Source of the DNA: Cyanobacteria bacterium J06626_4
Lineage (GTDB): Bacteria; Cyanobacteriota; Cyanobacteriia; Phormidesmidales; Phormidesmidaceae
NCBI GenBank assembly: GCA_038523235.1
Contig: JBCBJQ010000005.1
Span: forward strand, 32,001 to 96,000
Length of the DNA: 64,000 bases
Reading direction: 5' to 3'
Shown piece by piece: positions 1 to 10,011 of the stretch; position 1 is the first letter of the stretch, and each line of letters begins with the position of its first letter. The notes under the pieces were generated by a model. It was not told the DNA's origin, ran no database searches, and was given only the letters and a program-made list of their open reading frames with translations. The translations under genes were made by a program, and so were the position numbers.

Positions 1-55
1 ACTACATCGCCGCCCCCTGGCACGGATAAAGGCTTGCGATATTTGCGCGATCGCA

Positions 56-274
56 TCAGTGTGCCCCGCGATATGTCGATTTATGCCGCCAAGCGCCTTC
101 GCGCTTCGTTAGAACATACTGCCGCCCTCGTCGGCGATCAGCAAGGCCCCGCGATTTCGCCCAAACATCGCCACGATCAAAATCCGCTCGATTTTGCGCC
201 AGTGTGAGTTCCCGCTGGCATTGCTCCAACAACTGCTTGAGGACTGTGCCCTCAAGGCGGCTCGTTCTGCTCAT
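56..274 (-). CDS. small hypothetical protein (72 aa), possibly translationally coupled to the DUF429 gene
   Basis: ATG overlaps the stop of the upstream gene (ATGA at 271-274, minus strand); no recognisable motif. Confidence 0.3.
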   Translation of the reverse strand: MSRTSRLEGTVLKQLLEQCQRELTLAQNRADFDRGDVWAKSRGLADRRRGRQYVLTKREGAWRHKSTYRGAH

Positions 275-1020
275 TCTGCCGGACAGATTTGATCGTCGTA
301 GGGGGCCGGAACAACAATATAGCCCGCTGCGCCATCACCCAATACCCAGTTGCGAGCCAAGCCCCACCACCACCAGTGAGCCCCAGCATAGGCACAGGTC
401 ACACTGTCGAGCTGATCTTCTACGACCTTGAGTGCCTTCCCGCTGCTGGGCACTTCCGGCAAAAGCTGTGCCAGTAGCGGTAAGGCCGGTGTCAGAGTCG
501 GCAAGGTGGCGATTTGCAGACTGCGCAGCTGGTCGAGCGCTTGCCGACGCGCGGCAATGCGGCCCTTCTTGTATTTCAAAATGCGCTCTAACCGAAACAG
601 GTGAATCGTGGCGGGGTGAGGAAACAGCTCAATCTGATAGCGGCCCACCGCTTGGGGCGTCATGGTGGGTGCATGGCGAAACCCTCGGGCCTCTAGTGCC
701 AAGCCAAAGTCGATCAGCGTGGCCGCAAAGGGCCGATCTCGATTGGCCGGATAACAGCCCGCATCATATTTACCAAAGTAGCGGTGGGCCAGGCGATCGC
801 ACATCCGCATCCCTGTGTCATTCGGAATGAGGGTCGGCGCATCTACCGCAATCAGTGCGGGCTCATTGGGGGCAACTTGGCGATCAATCCACGCTAAAAC
901 GTCGGCCCGCGAGGCATAGTGTTCCAGCGTGACCAGTTCTAACCCCGCTGCGGTGTGCTGCAAACAGCAAACGCCACTGCCCCCCGACTGCCAGCCCAAA
1001 TCAATTCCTAAAAAGCGCAT
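271..1020 (-). CDS. DUF429 family protein (predicted RNase H-fold nuclease)
   Basis: N-terminal FLGIDLGW, IAVDAP, IELFPHP and EDQLDS motifs. Confidence 0.8.
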   Translation of the reverse strand: MRFLGIDLGWQSGGSGVCCLQHTAAGLELVTLEHYASRADVLAWIDRQVAPNEPALIAVDAPTLIPNDTGMRMCDRLAHRYFGKYDAGCYPANRDRPFAATLIDFGLALEARGFRHAPTMTPQAVGRYQIELFPHPATIHLFRLERILKYKKGRIAARRQALDQLRSLQIATLPTLTPALPLLAQLLPEVPSSGKALKVVEDQLDSVTCAYAGAHWWWWGLARNWVLGDGAAGYIVVPAPYDDQICPAE

Positions 1021-1056
1021 CCACCACCTGGTGATCTCCCTTTAGGCACTGTAAAG

Positions 1057-1118
1057 GGTAGGAGGTGGGGGAGTGGGGGAATAGAGGGTGGAGGGTAGGG
1101 GGAAAAGAAGGTGTGGGG
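1057..1118 (+). repeat. G-rich purine low-complexity tract
   Basis: gggtaggaggtgggggagtgggggaatagagggtggagggtagggggaaaagaaggtgtgggg between divergent genes. Confidence 0.6.
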
Positions 1119-1290
1119 CAAGAGACGAGGTTGTAGAAGAATGGTTGCGATGTAGACGGAGCCTGAGTTTGAGGAGACATTTGAGACATAGGTGAGTTGG
1201 CTGGAGCAGGTAAAATCTCTCGTGAATTCCCGGATAGCTTGGGTAAACTCTTGAGTGCAGGGTTATATGCACTTTTTTCTAGGAACCTTT

Positions 1291-2757
1291 ATGGCGATCG
1301 CACTCTCCCCCTCCACTTTTATTCATAAGCCCATCAAGTTTGGCACTGACGGTTGGCGGGGCATGATGGCGGCTGATTTCACCTTTGAGCGCGTGCAGCA
1401 GGTGGCTCAGGTGGCCGCCCACGTGCTCAAGCAGTGCTACGGCGAACAAACCGGCAGCAACACCGTGATTGTGGGGCACGATCGCCGATTTCTCTCGCCC
1501 GAATTTGCCCGCACGGCAGCGGAGGCGATCGTGGCGCAGGGGTTCGACGTCATGTTGTCAGAGGATTTTGCTCCGACCCCAGCTTTTAGCTGGGCGGCGA
1601 AGGATCAGGGTGCCCTCGGCGCGGTTGTGATTACGGCCAGCCATAACCCGGCGGCTTACAACGGGTTCAAAATCAAAAGTGCCTTTGGCGGATCGGTGCC
1701 CCTGGAGGTCACGCAAAAAGTGGAAGCTCAGCTGGAGCAAACCTTTACCCCAGCGGCTCAGCCCGGTCAACTAACGCGCTTTGATCCGTGGGCCAGCTAT
1801 TGCCAAGAGCTGCAGTCTAAGGTGGATCTGGCCGCGATTCAGGCGGCGATCGCCAGTGGTCAGTTGACGGTGTTTGCCGACGTCATGCATGGGTCGGCAG
1901 CCACAGGTCTCGGCCGCCTGCTCGGCCAATCCATCAACGAGTTGAACACGGATGCCGATCCCCTTTTTGAAGGGGGCGCACCGGAACCATTGCCCAAGTA
2001 TCTGCAGCGTATGTTGAAGACGGTTGCTGCCTATCAGCCTGAAGTAAAGGGTGGCTTGGTGGCTGGCTTGGTGTTTGATGGCGACAGCGATCGCATCGCG
2101 GCAGTTGATGGCCGAGGTCAGTTTCTCAGTTCGCAGATTTTAATCCCCATTCTGATCGACCATTTAACGCAGGTCCACGGCTACTCGGGCGAAGTGATTA
2201 AAACGATCAGTGGTTCTAATTTGATTCCTCAGGTGGCGGCACTTCACGACTTGCCGCTGCATGAAACTGCTGTCGGCTACAAATACATTGCCGATCGCAT
2301 GCTGGAGTCGCAGGCGCTGATTGGCGGCGAAGAGTCGGGCGGTGTCGGGTATGGGCACCACATTCCGGAACGAGATGCCCTGCTGTCGGCCCTCTATGTG
2401 TTGGAGGCGGTGGTAAAGTCAGGGATGGATTTGAGCGATCGCTACCGGCAGCTGCAAGAAAAAACGGGCTATTTTTCTGACTACGATCGCATCGATTTGC
2501 CGTTGCCCAATATGACCATCCGCGATCAGCTCCTGCAAGAGTTGCAGACCAACTGTCCGCAAACCGTGGCGGGCAAAGCGGTCACCCACTGTCTCTCCAT
2601 TGATGGCTACAAGCTGACGCTGGCCGATGGTAGCTGGTTGCTCATCCGCTTTAGTGGCACGGAGCCCGTGCTGCGACTCTACAGCGAGGCCAGCACGTTA
2701 GAGGAGGTGCATAAACATCTCAATTGGGCGAAAGACTGGGCCACCGCGATCGGCTAA
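1291..2757 (+). CDS. phosphoglucomutase/phosphomannomutase family protein
   Basis: IKFGTDGWRG, catalytic TASHNP, metal-binding FDGDSDR, GGEESGG and RFSGTEP; ATG at 1291 preferred. Confidence 0.95.
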   Translation: MAIALSPSTFIHKPIKFGTDGWRGMMAADFTFERVQQVAQVAAHVLKQCYGEQTGSNTVIVGHDRRFLSPEFARTAAEAIVAQGFDVMLSEDFAPTPAFSWAAKDQGALGAVVITASHNPAAYNGFKIKSAFGGSVPLEVTQKVEAQLEQTFTPAAQPGQLTRFDPWASYCQELQSKVDLAAIQAAIASGQLTVFADVMHGSAATGLGRLLGQSINELNTDADPLFEGGAPEPLPKYLQRMLKTVAAYQPEVKGGLVAGLVFDGDSDRIAAVDGRGQFLSSQILIPILIDHLTQVHGYSGEVIKTISGSNLIPQVAALHDLPLHETAVGYKYIADRMLESQALIGGEESGGVGYGHHIPERDALLSALYVLEAVVKSGMDLSDRYRQLQEKTGYFSDYDRIDLPLPNMTIRDQLLQELQTNCPQTVAGKAVTHCLSIDGYKLTLADGSWLLIRFSGTEPVLRLYSEASTLEEVHKHLNWAKDWATAIG

Positions 2758-2808
2758 TCTCCAGGTTTGAGCATCGAGATTCCACTCATTGAGAGTTGAG
2801 ATTGGCTG

Positions 2809-4368
2809 TTAATTGATTTGTTTATTTTCGCCTTCTTCTTTGCCAGAATTTTTGACGTTCACAATCCGCTTTAACAACCCAAACCAAAAGTTTGACCCCA
2901 TCGAGAGCGCAAAGCCGGTGATCAGCCAGCCGATCGCCCGGCGGGGAATTAAGGGCACGAACCAGTTTTCCTGCGCCAACTGTTGCTTGTCGGTCACGGC
3001 TTCGCTGTAGCCCAACGGAATCGGTAAACCGCTCAGGACGCTGTCCACGTCTTCTTCTAACTGCGCGATCGCCGCGCCCTCGGGATTGGTCGTGGCGAAT
3101 TCTTCAGCGGCTTGGGTGACGGCATTGCGAATCGCCGGATCCCGCGATAGACGGTCTAACATATGCAGCGAGTCGGCGTTAAGTGAAATGGCGATCGCGA
3201 AACCAATCAAAAGGCTGACCGCTTTGGCATTGCGGCGATAGACGCCGGCAGCTCGATTCATGCCTCGATCAAACCAGGCCTCGACTTCTATGCCCAGAGA
3301 TTTCACGTCGCTTTCGAGATCAGCCAGATAGATCTTGAGATTGCTGACAGAATCATCCTTCAGATCTTGCATGGTGCTGAGCACGGTATCACTTGCCGTC
3401 GCGGCTAACGAACTGCGCGCCTTTTCAGCCAGTGAAATGAGATTAGCCTGCAGACTTTTAGGAAACACTTGGCTATCGAGCCGGTTAATAATGGCTTTGG
3501 CCATCCCTGCATCTTTGCCGACCAAGCTCTTGAGTTCGTAATAGGCTGGGCTGCTGCGGTCAATAATAGAAACGAGTTCTTGCAAGTCGGGCTGAATCGT
3601 TTTTATCAGGGCCGATTTATCTAAGTTGGTGCTGGCCAAAGTCTTTTTGAGATACTGCAGCCGCCGCATAAAGGTCTCAGTGAGATGGTGATTGTCGGGC
3701 AAGACGTCTTGCGCAGCGGCAATAAACTCATCCAGTCGAAAAACCAGCCGATCAATAGTTTCTGATAGCGTCGTGCGCTTTTCTCTAAAATCACTAATCA
3801 GCTGACCGATTGACTGCTCTAAATCGCGAAATTCGGCATTGAGCAAAAATTCATTTGCCGTGCTAGCTCTGAGATCGTTGACCATGTGATTGAGCGGCAA
3901 CAACAGTTTGTCTTCAACAAATCGCCCGAGTCGGCCTTCGAGCAAGACCTTCCTCAAATCTTCGATCTGCAGATTTTCTAACAGGGCCTGGGCAAAAGTT
4001 TTGCCCGGAATATATGAGGGGCCGCTGGTTTTGTTACCAAAGACGTTGCGCGCGCGAGTAATCGTGCGATAAGTCCGACCCACGACGTGGTTGATTAGCC
4101 GAAAGAAACCGGCGATAGGGCCAGCGGCCTCTTGGTTTAAGCTCCGCACAATCGGCGTGTCGTACAGCTGGTCAGCAAAAGCCTGCGCCGCCTCTTTGCT
4201 CTCATCGTCATTCGCGGCAATCAACACCTCAATCGATCGCTTTAAATGCTCCGCCCGCCATTGCAGAAGCGTGCCAATGATTTCTTGAATTTCACTCGCG
4301 AGTAGGCTCAGGGTTAAGTAAATAAAAACTAAGCCAATCGCGATTTCTAAAATAAACGGGATGGTCAT
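2809..4368 (-). CDS. hypothetical membrane protein with a long helical central region
   Basis: 519-aa ORF with an N-terminal hydrophobic segment, two C-terminal ones and a GWLITGFALSMGSNFWF motif. Confidence 0.8.
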   Translation of the reverse strand: MTIPFILEIAIGLVFIYLTLSLLASEIQEIIGTLLQWRAEHLKRSIEVLIAANDDESKEAAQAFADQLYDTPIVRSLNQEAAGPIAGFFRLINHVVGRTYRTITRARNVFGNKTSGPSYIPGKTFAQALLENLQIEDLRKVLLEGRLGRFVEDKLLLPLNHMVNDLRASTANEFLLNAEFRDLEQSIGQLISDFREKRTTLSETIDRLVFRLDEFIAAAQDVLPDNHHLTETFMRRLQYLKKTLASTNLDKSALIKTIQPDLQELVSIIDRSSPAYYELKSLVGKDAGMAKAIINRLDSQVFPKSLQANLISLAEKARSSLAATASDTVLSTMQDLKDDSVSNLKIYLADLESDVKSLGIEVEAWFDRGMNRAAGVYRRNAKAVSLLIGFAIAISLNADSLHMLDRLSRDPAIRNAVTQAAEEFATTNPEGAAIAQLEEDVDSVLSGLPIPLGYSEAVTDKQQLAQENWFVPLIPRRAIGWLITGFALSMGSNFWFGLLKRIVNVKNSGKEEGENKQIN

Positions 4369-4724
4369 ATCGATTTCTCAGTGCAGACACATAAATGAAA
4401 CGGCAGCTATCCGCAAAACGTCCTCAGCGACGACCAATTTGTCTTCATTCAGCGTCATGGCAAACCGCCACTTAAGCGGCATCCACGGTGGCTGAGCAAC
4501 CCTTCAAAATCTTTGACCTTTTAAGGCGACGAGGTTGACGGGCAGCATCAATCTAATCAACTATAGGCACCGCGACAGCCCTGGCAAATTGAAGCATAGA
4601 GAGTTAGAAACTTCAGCCAGCGCCCTGATCAAGTCAAGCCAATTTGGCAGAGTGGGCGAGGTGTTAACGCCGCCCAACCGGATGACTGTCAGACTCGCTG
4701 TCAGGAGCCATGCGATTCAATCGG

Positions 4725-5114
4725 TTAGTCTTCGGCATCATCTTCGCCGAGCTGCTTGAGATGAATATGCTTGCGACCCAGCGAAATCTCAAACTCATCT
4801 CCTGGTTTCAACCCCATCTGCTTGGTGTAGGTTGAGCCAATGAGCAAATTCCCGTTAGATTGCACCGTAATCCGATAGCTGGCACTACGTCCCCCGCGTC
4901 CATTAGTACTCTGTTCGCTATCAAGTTCAATCCCTTCAGCGGCAATCAGCGCATTCATGAACTTCATCATGTTGACGCGTTCGGCCCCACTTTTGGTGAT
5001 GGTGTAATAGCCACACGCCTTCGCCTTTTCCTCTTTGGTGTAGTCTTCTAATTCCTTTACTTTTTGGACAAGTGCCTGTCCAGTTAGCATCTCAACCTTT
5101 TGCTTTTCAGCCAT
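4725..5114 (-). CDS. cyanobacterial AbrB-like transcriptional regulator (cyAbrB)
   Basis: KAKACGYY...RVNMMKF and C-terminal YRITVQSNGNLLIGSTYTKQMGLKPGDEFEISLGRKHI; start MAEKQK. Confidence 0.93.
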   Translation of the reverse strand: MAEKQKVEMLTGQALVQKVKELEDYTKEEKAKACGYYTITKSGAERVNMMKFMNALIAAEGIELDSEQSTNGRGGRSASYRITVQSNGNLLIGSTYTKQMGLKPGDEFEISLGRKHIHLKQLGEDDAED

Positions 5115-5797
5115 TGTTGATGTCTCGTGATCTACAACAGTTCCGTACACATGGCGAAGGATGCATTAAAAATATTGCAAATCCTACCGCCGTTAACTGT
5201 AATCCCAAAATCAAAAAACAGATCTATCAGATTGCGTTTCTTAGCATTAATGTTGATTATGAAAAATAGAGATATTTGCTCCGGCAGCTGATTGAACTAA
5301 TCCACCGAACTCATTGATCAAGGCAAAAATAATAGCGCAGAATCGGAAGTGTGAACGACTAATTTTGACGTGATGTGTGTAGAAGGTAACTGTCAAACCA
5401 CTGAACACTAATTGTTAAATAACGCAGCCTGAGTCTGGAGTTTTTCGCTAGGTCAAGTACTGGCAGAGCATAATCTTTATGGTTTTCACGCTGCTCATTG
5501 AGGTGTTAATTAATCTCAGTCCTGGCCATTTCCCCAACTGTCGACCGCGTTGTTCCGCCGTTGTGATCAATTCTGATTGCCGTAGGCAAATCGCTGTGAG
5601 TGGCGGCGATGACGGTATGACGCCGTGGCTTTTGGCTGAAGCGACCAATGGGATGGCAGAGAAGCGGGTTTAAAGGGCACGGCAAAGGGGCAGCGTAGAC
5701 CTGTGTCGCGATCGCTGATCGCGGCTGTCGTCACAGCCCTCCTGCAGTGCCATCCCATGGGCTAAATTAAATGAGCCATTGCGATCAGGGAACCACC

Positions 5798-6241
5798 ATG
5801 AAGCTAACGAAGCGGGGGCATTACAGCGTTAAAGCGCTTTTGGATTTAAGTTTGCAATCGGCTGGCGGGGTCGCCTCAGTGAACGAGATCGCCCAGCGGC
5901 AAGATTTGCCAGCGCCTTACTTAGAGAAGCTGCTGATTGAGCTGCGCCGGGCTAATTTGGTGGTCTCTGTGCGGGGGGCGCAGGGCGGCTATCGGCTAGC
6001 CCGGACCGCGGCCAATATCTCTCTCGGTGAAATCTTAGAAGCGGTGGGTGAGACCGTCGCGCCGTTGCCTCACTATCAGCCTGATCTAGCCCAGGCGGAA
6101 GATTGGGTCACTTTCAGCATTTGGAAACGGCTGCACGAAAAGATGAAGTCGGCGCTCTTTAGCATCTCGCTGGAAGACTTGTACTACGATGCCCGCAGTT
6201 GGCAAGCGGCTCAAGGAGAAAATGCCAGCTTTGTGGTGTAG
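5798..6241 (+). CDS. Rrf2 family transcriptional regulator (Cys-free cyanobacterial type)
   Basis: MKLTKRGHYSVKALLDL, YLEKLL and SVRGAQGGYRLA; no Fe-S cysteines. Confidence 0.92.
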   Translation: MKLTKRGHYSVKALLDLSLQSAGGVASVNEIAQRQDLPAPYLEKLLIELRRANLVVSVRGAQGGYRLARTAANISLGEILEAVGETVAPLPHYQPDLAQAEDWVTFSIWKRLHEKMKSALFSISLEDLYYDARSWQAAQGENASFVV

Positions 6242-7214
6242 TGGGCCAATTTTTATTCTATGGCTGGCGAGTCTGTTGGATTTTATGATTGGCGACCCTT
6301 GGGGCTGGCTGCATCCGGTGCAGGTCATGGGCGGGGCAATTCGCGCCTACGAGCAGGTGGTTTTTAGTTACGTTAAAAGCCCATTGGGGCAGCGTTGCCT
6401 GGGCGTTGGCCTCGGTTTAGGTTTACCCATCCTGAGCGGCGCGATCGCGATCGCCCTCACCTGGAGAGCCTGGCAGTTGCACCCGCTCTTGGGCGGCGGG
6501 GTGGCCATGGTAATTTTAGCGAGCTGTTTTGCGGGTCGGAGTTTGCGCCGAGCCGCCGATGACGTGCTCTTACCGCTCAATGCCGGTAACTTGCCCGAAG
6601 CGCGCAATCGCCTCAGACTCTACGTCGGGCGTGACACACAGCACCTCTCGGCCGCTGAGATCTTGCGCGCCGTCATGGAAACCATTAGTGAAAATGCGAC
6701 CGACGGCGTGATGGCACCGTTGTTTTATGCGCTGGTGGGCACCGCGATCGCGCCGGTACTGGGAGTGGGTCTGGCGATCGCCTACAAAGCCCTCAGCACA
6801 CTAGATTCCATGGTGGGCTATCGCTCCGCCCCTTATACCGATTTGGGCTGGTTCAGCGCCCGGCTGGAAGATGCAGCCACCTGGTTACCTTGCCGCCTGA
6901 CCGTGCTGACGGTGGCGCTGCTGGCCGGTCAGCCAGACCGAGTGTGGCGATTGTGTCGGCGCGACGCGGCGGCCGATCCCAGTCCTAACGCGGGCTGGAG
7001 TGAATGCGCCTATGCGGCAGCGTTGGGCGTGCAGTTGGGCGGCGTCAATGTTTATCGCGGTGCGGTTAAACAGAAACCGCTGTTAGGTGAACCGCTGCGC
7101 CCCATCACGGCTGGCCTGATTGCCCAAGGGTTACAACTCACCCGATGGTCATTTTTGACTTGGCTCGTCGGGGGCAGCTTGCTCCTCAGCCTGCGCTATC
7201 CGCCCCTGTGGTAA
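6222..7214 (+). CDS. cobD: adenosylcobinamide-phosphate synthase CobD/CbiB
   Basis: GDPWGWLHPV, VGRDT, ENATDGVMAPLFY, TLDSMVGY and SPNAGWSE; AAGGAG precedes ATG 6222. Confidence 0.93.
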   Translation: MPALWCSGPIFILWLASLLDFMIGDPWGWLHPVQVMGGAIRAYEQVVFSYVKSPLGQRCLGVGLGLGLPILSGAIAIALTWRAWQLHPLLGGGVAMVILASCFAGRSLRRAADDVLLPLNAGNLPEARNRLRLYVGRDTQHLSAAEILRAVMETISENATDGVMAPLFYALVGTAIAPVLGVGLAIAYKALSTLDSMVGYRSAPYTDLGWFSARLEDAATWLPCRLTVLTVALLAGQPDRVWRLCRRDAAADPSPNAGWSECAYAAALGVQLGGVNVYRGAVKQKPLLGEPLRPITAGLIAQGLQLTRWSFLTWLVGGSLLLSLRYPPLW

Positions 7215-7514
7215 CGAGGCGTGGCTGGGCAGGGGCTCTAGGCTGAAATTTGCTCCGCGATCGGAATGCTATTTTGTGAGTCAATCGCGAATGCGTCTGT
7301 TTGGAGCAATTCGGCAAAAATCTCACGTGGAAAGCGTTCGAGCCCTCTGAAAGCGGTAAGTTATGGATAATCCAGAACAGCCCCGCCGCTCAAGCATCGT
7401 GATTGGGCGATCGCGGCACCCGCCCAACCCACCGTTCGCTTGCTCTTTGCAGTCAGCTGAGCCGTGCCCACACTGTCAACTGATTTGTTTTTGAGCTTTT
7501 ATGAGTTTTAACTG

Positions 7515-8051
7515 ATGGCTAGCTTTGTTGACATTCTCACCACAGAAGAACTGCGGCGCACCGTCAACCGTCTCGCCTCAGAAATTGTGGAACGCGCTGG
7601 GGCGTTAGACAACCTTGCTTTAGTGGGCATTCACACTCGGGGCGTACCGCTAGCGCACTTACTAGCCGAACAAATTGCCCACTTAGAAAATTTTTCCGTG
7701 GCCCTTGGCACGCTGGATATTACCTTTTATCGAGACGATCTCGACAGCATTGGCATTCGCACCCCCGAGCGTACCGACATTGACTTTGACTTGTCGGGCA
7801 AAACGCTGGTGCTAGTGGATGATGTGATCTTTAGTGGCCGGACTATTCGCGCCGCCCTCAACGCCGTGACTGACTATGGCCGACCAGAAATGATTCAGCT
7901 CGCAGTCCTCATAGATCGCGGCCATCGCCAACTCCCGATTCACCCTGATTTTGTCGGTAAAGCCGTGCCCACTGCCCGCCATGAAGTAGTCAAGGTCTTT
8001 TTGTCAGATATTGATGGCCACGATGCCGTGCAGCTGTTGCGCCGCGATTAG
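7515..8051 (+). CDS. pyrR: bifunctional pyr regulator/uracil phosphoribosyltransferase
   Basis: [35 protein letters not shown] and [15 protein letters not shown]. Confidence 0.96.
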   Translation: MASFVDILTTEELRRTVNRLASEIVERAGALDNLALVGIHTRGVPLAHLLAEQIAHLENFSVALGTLDITFYRDDLDSIGIRTPERTDIDFDLSGKTLVLVDDVIFSGRTIRAALNAVTDYGRPEMIQLAVLIDRGHRQLPIHPDFVGKAVPTARHEVVKVFLSDIDGHDAVQLLRRD

Positions 8052-8060
8052 GCGATCGAC

Positions 8061-8130
8061 AAGAAACCTGGCTTCTTAATATCAGTCAACTACGGAATCA
8101 GACCCTTTCAGCCCGAAAAACCAGGTTTCT
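8061..8130. repeat. paired short palindromes (REP-like element)
   Basis: aagaaacctggcttctt at 8061-8077 and aaaaaccaggtttct at 8116-8130; agaaacctgg and ccaggtttct are exact inverted repeats. Confidence 0.55.
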
Positions 8131-8583
8131 GTACCGGTTTTCAAGGCGATGTTCCACCCTCTCAAATAGCACATCGGGGATATAGAACGAAAGCCTGAGG
8201 ATCGCAGAAATGCCCTCTCTTCGAACTTTAGATTTCCCATTGGGTCGTTTTCGCCGAGTGAGCTGGGAGGGTGGTTCTTGCCGATTCGCGATGGGCAATA
8301 GGCTTATCAAGAATGCCGCAGTGCGATCGAAAATCTCGTTGGGTAGGCTTCCTAGCCTGCCCCAACATCACCAGCAGGCTGAAAGATCAGCTGGCTGGCT
8401 CTGCAGTGAAGAAGACGGCCAAGATGGCCATCAAACAAGATGAGCTAGGAGGGCACCAACTGGGTTATCGCTGGGCGAGGTAGGGCAAGACGATCTCAAA
8501 ATACTGCATTGGCCTGCCTTTGGAATGTGGTTACTCTTGGTAACTCGGCAATCGAGTCGGGAATTGATTCATGACTCCCACCG

Positions 8584-9726
8584 CTAAGAATTAGAGAGGC
8601 CAGTCAGAAGACCACCGCTGAGGCGGCTGATGGCGCGTTGAGCCACTTCGCTGTAGCCCAGCTTGCCGTTAAACAGTTTCACGATAGTCGGGGCAGCGTT
8701 GGGCCGTTTGACGCCGATGCGGTAGGCCAGCTTCGGCGCTTTATAAAACACCTGGGCCAGCCGTTTTGCCCAGCGCATATCTTGGCCCCATTCGGCCTGC
8801 ATGACTTGGGTATAGCCCTCTAGAGCGTTGAGGTCGCCCGCGATCGCCCGGTCAATTGCCGCCGCTGCCTTGACCCCACTAAACAATGCGGGCCGAATAC
8901 CTTCTGCCGTAAACGGATCGACCACACAGGCAGCTTCCCCCACTAACAGGGCATTTTGGGTATGCAGTCGCTGGTCGCCATCCCATGCCAAGATGGGATG
9001 ACCGTGGGCCTTTTGTTGCGACATGGTCACATCAAACTGGGTGGCATAGTCAGCAATGGGAGCCCGCAGATCTTGGCGGCGCTGGTCGCCCACCCGCATC
9101 ACCCCACCGCCGATGGAATAGCCATCCGCTTTCGGAAAATTCCACAGGTAGCCGTGCTGTACCATCCCCATTTCTAGATAAAGCAGCGGATCGTTCGGCA
9201 TGTCTAAGCGCGGTTCAATCTCGACGGCGGCGGCCAGCAAGTGACGCCGTTGGTTAAAGCCAAGCCATTTGGCCATGACCCCGCGTCCGCCATCGGCGGC
9301 CAGTAGGTACCGGCCCTCCACTTGCCCTCGCGACGTTTCGACCTGCCAGCGATCGCCCTTAAATTCAATTCCTTTGGCCTTGGTCTCTGACCACAGTTCG
9401 GCTCCTTGGCGCTGAGCTTGCTGCACCAAAAAATAGTCAAACTGATCACGGCGCACCATCCACAGGGCTTCGTCGTCAGGCACCTCCGCATCAACCGGGT
9501 CGGTCATATTCCAGGTGCAGCGAATGCGCTTGACCCGGACCGAAATCGCTGGTGAAAAGTCGAAGTCAAACCACTCTGCCACTTGCGGAGAGACGCCGCC
9601 ACCACAGGGCTTATAGCGCGGTAACGCTTCCCGCTCAATCAGCAAAACCGAGTGACCTTGCTTGGCCAGATGATAGGCCGCCGCGCCGCCGCCTGGCCCC
9701 GCCCCAACAATGATGCAGTCGTACAT
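8584..9726 (-). CDS. geranylgeranyl reductase family FAD-dependent oxidoreductase
   Basis: IVGAGPGG FAD motif, PRYKPCGGG, AADGG, YLWNFPK and VDPFTAEGI. Confidence 0.9.
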   Translation of the reverse strand: MYDCIIVGAGPGGGAAAYHLAKQGHSVLLIEREALPRYKPCGGGVSPQVAEWFDFDFSPAISVRVKRIRCTWNMTDPVDAEVPDDEALWMVRRDQFDYFLVQQAQRQGAELWSETKAKGIEFKGDRWQVETSRGQVEGRYLLAADGGRGVMAKWLGFNQRRHLLAAAVEIEPRLDMPNDPLLYLEMGMVQHGYLWNFPKADGYSIGGGVMRVGDQRRQDLRAPIADYATQFDVTMSQQKAHGHPILAWDGDQRLHTQNALLVGEAACVVDPFTAEGIRPALFSGVKAAAAIDRAIAGDLNALEGYTQVMQAEWGQDMRWAKRLAQVFYKAPKLAYRIGVKRPNAAPTIVKLFNGKLGYSEVAQRAISRLSGGLLTGLSNS

Positions 9727-10011
9727 AGTGATCTCAAATCCGAATAATGCCTAGTCTGAAAACTGGGATGATTTAGCCGTTGCTGATCCGTGCCAATCCA
9801 TGCCGCTTGACCGATGCGAACGCACTTTAAGTCAGCAGGAATGGGCGATCGCCGTTGCCTGATTGAGATTGTGGGCTGGCTGGACTGTTTCGTCAAACTG
9901 CTCTGCCTGCCCAAACAATGGCACGCCGATCAAATCTACAGACTGGGTAAGATCCCCTCTGTGAACATTCCCCCAAATTTAGAACAACCCTGCTCTGGGC
10001 AAACATCACTG

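Noticed and set aside
7365..7495. Possible PyrR attenuator (aatccagaacag plus a weak hairpin and T tract)
   Set aside because: Poor match to the ARUCCAGAGAGGYU loop and a weak stem
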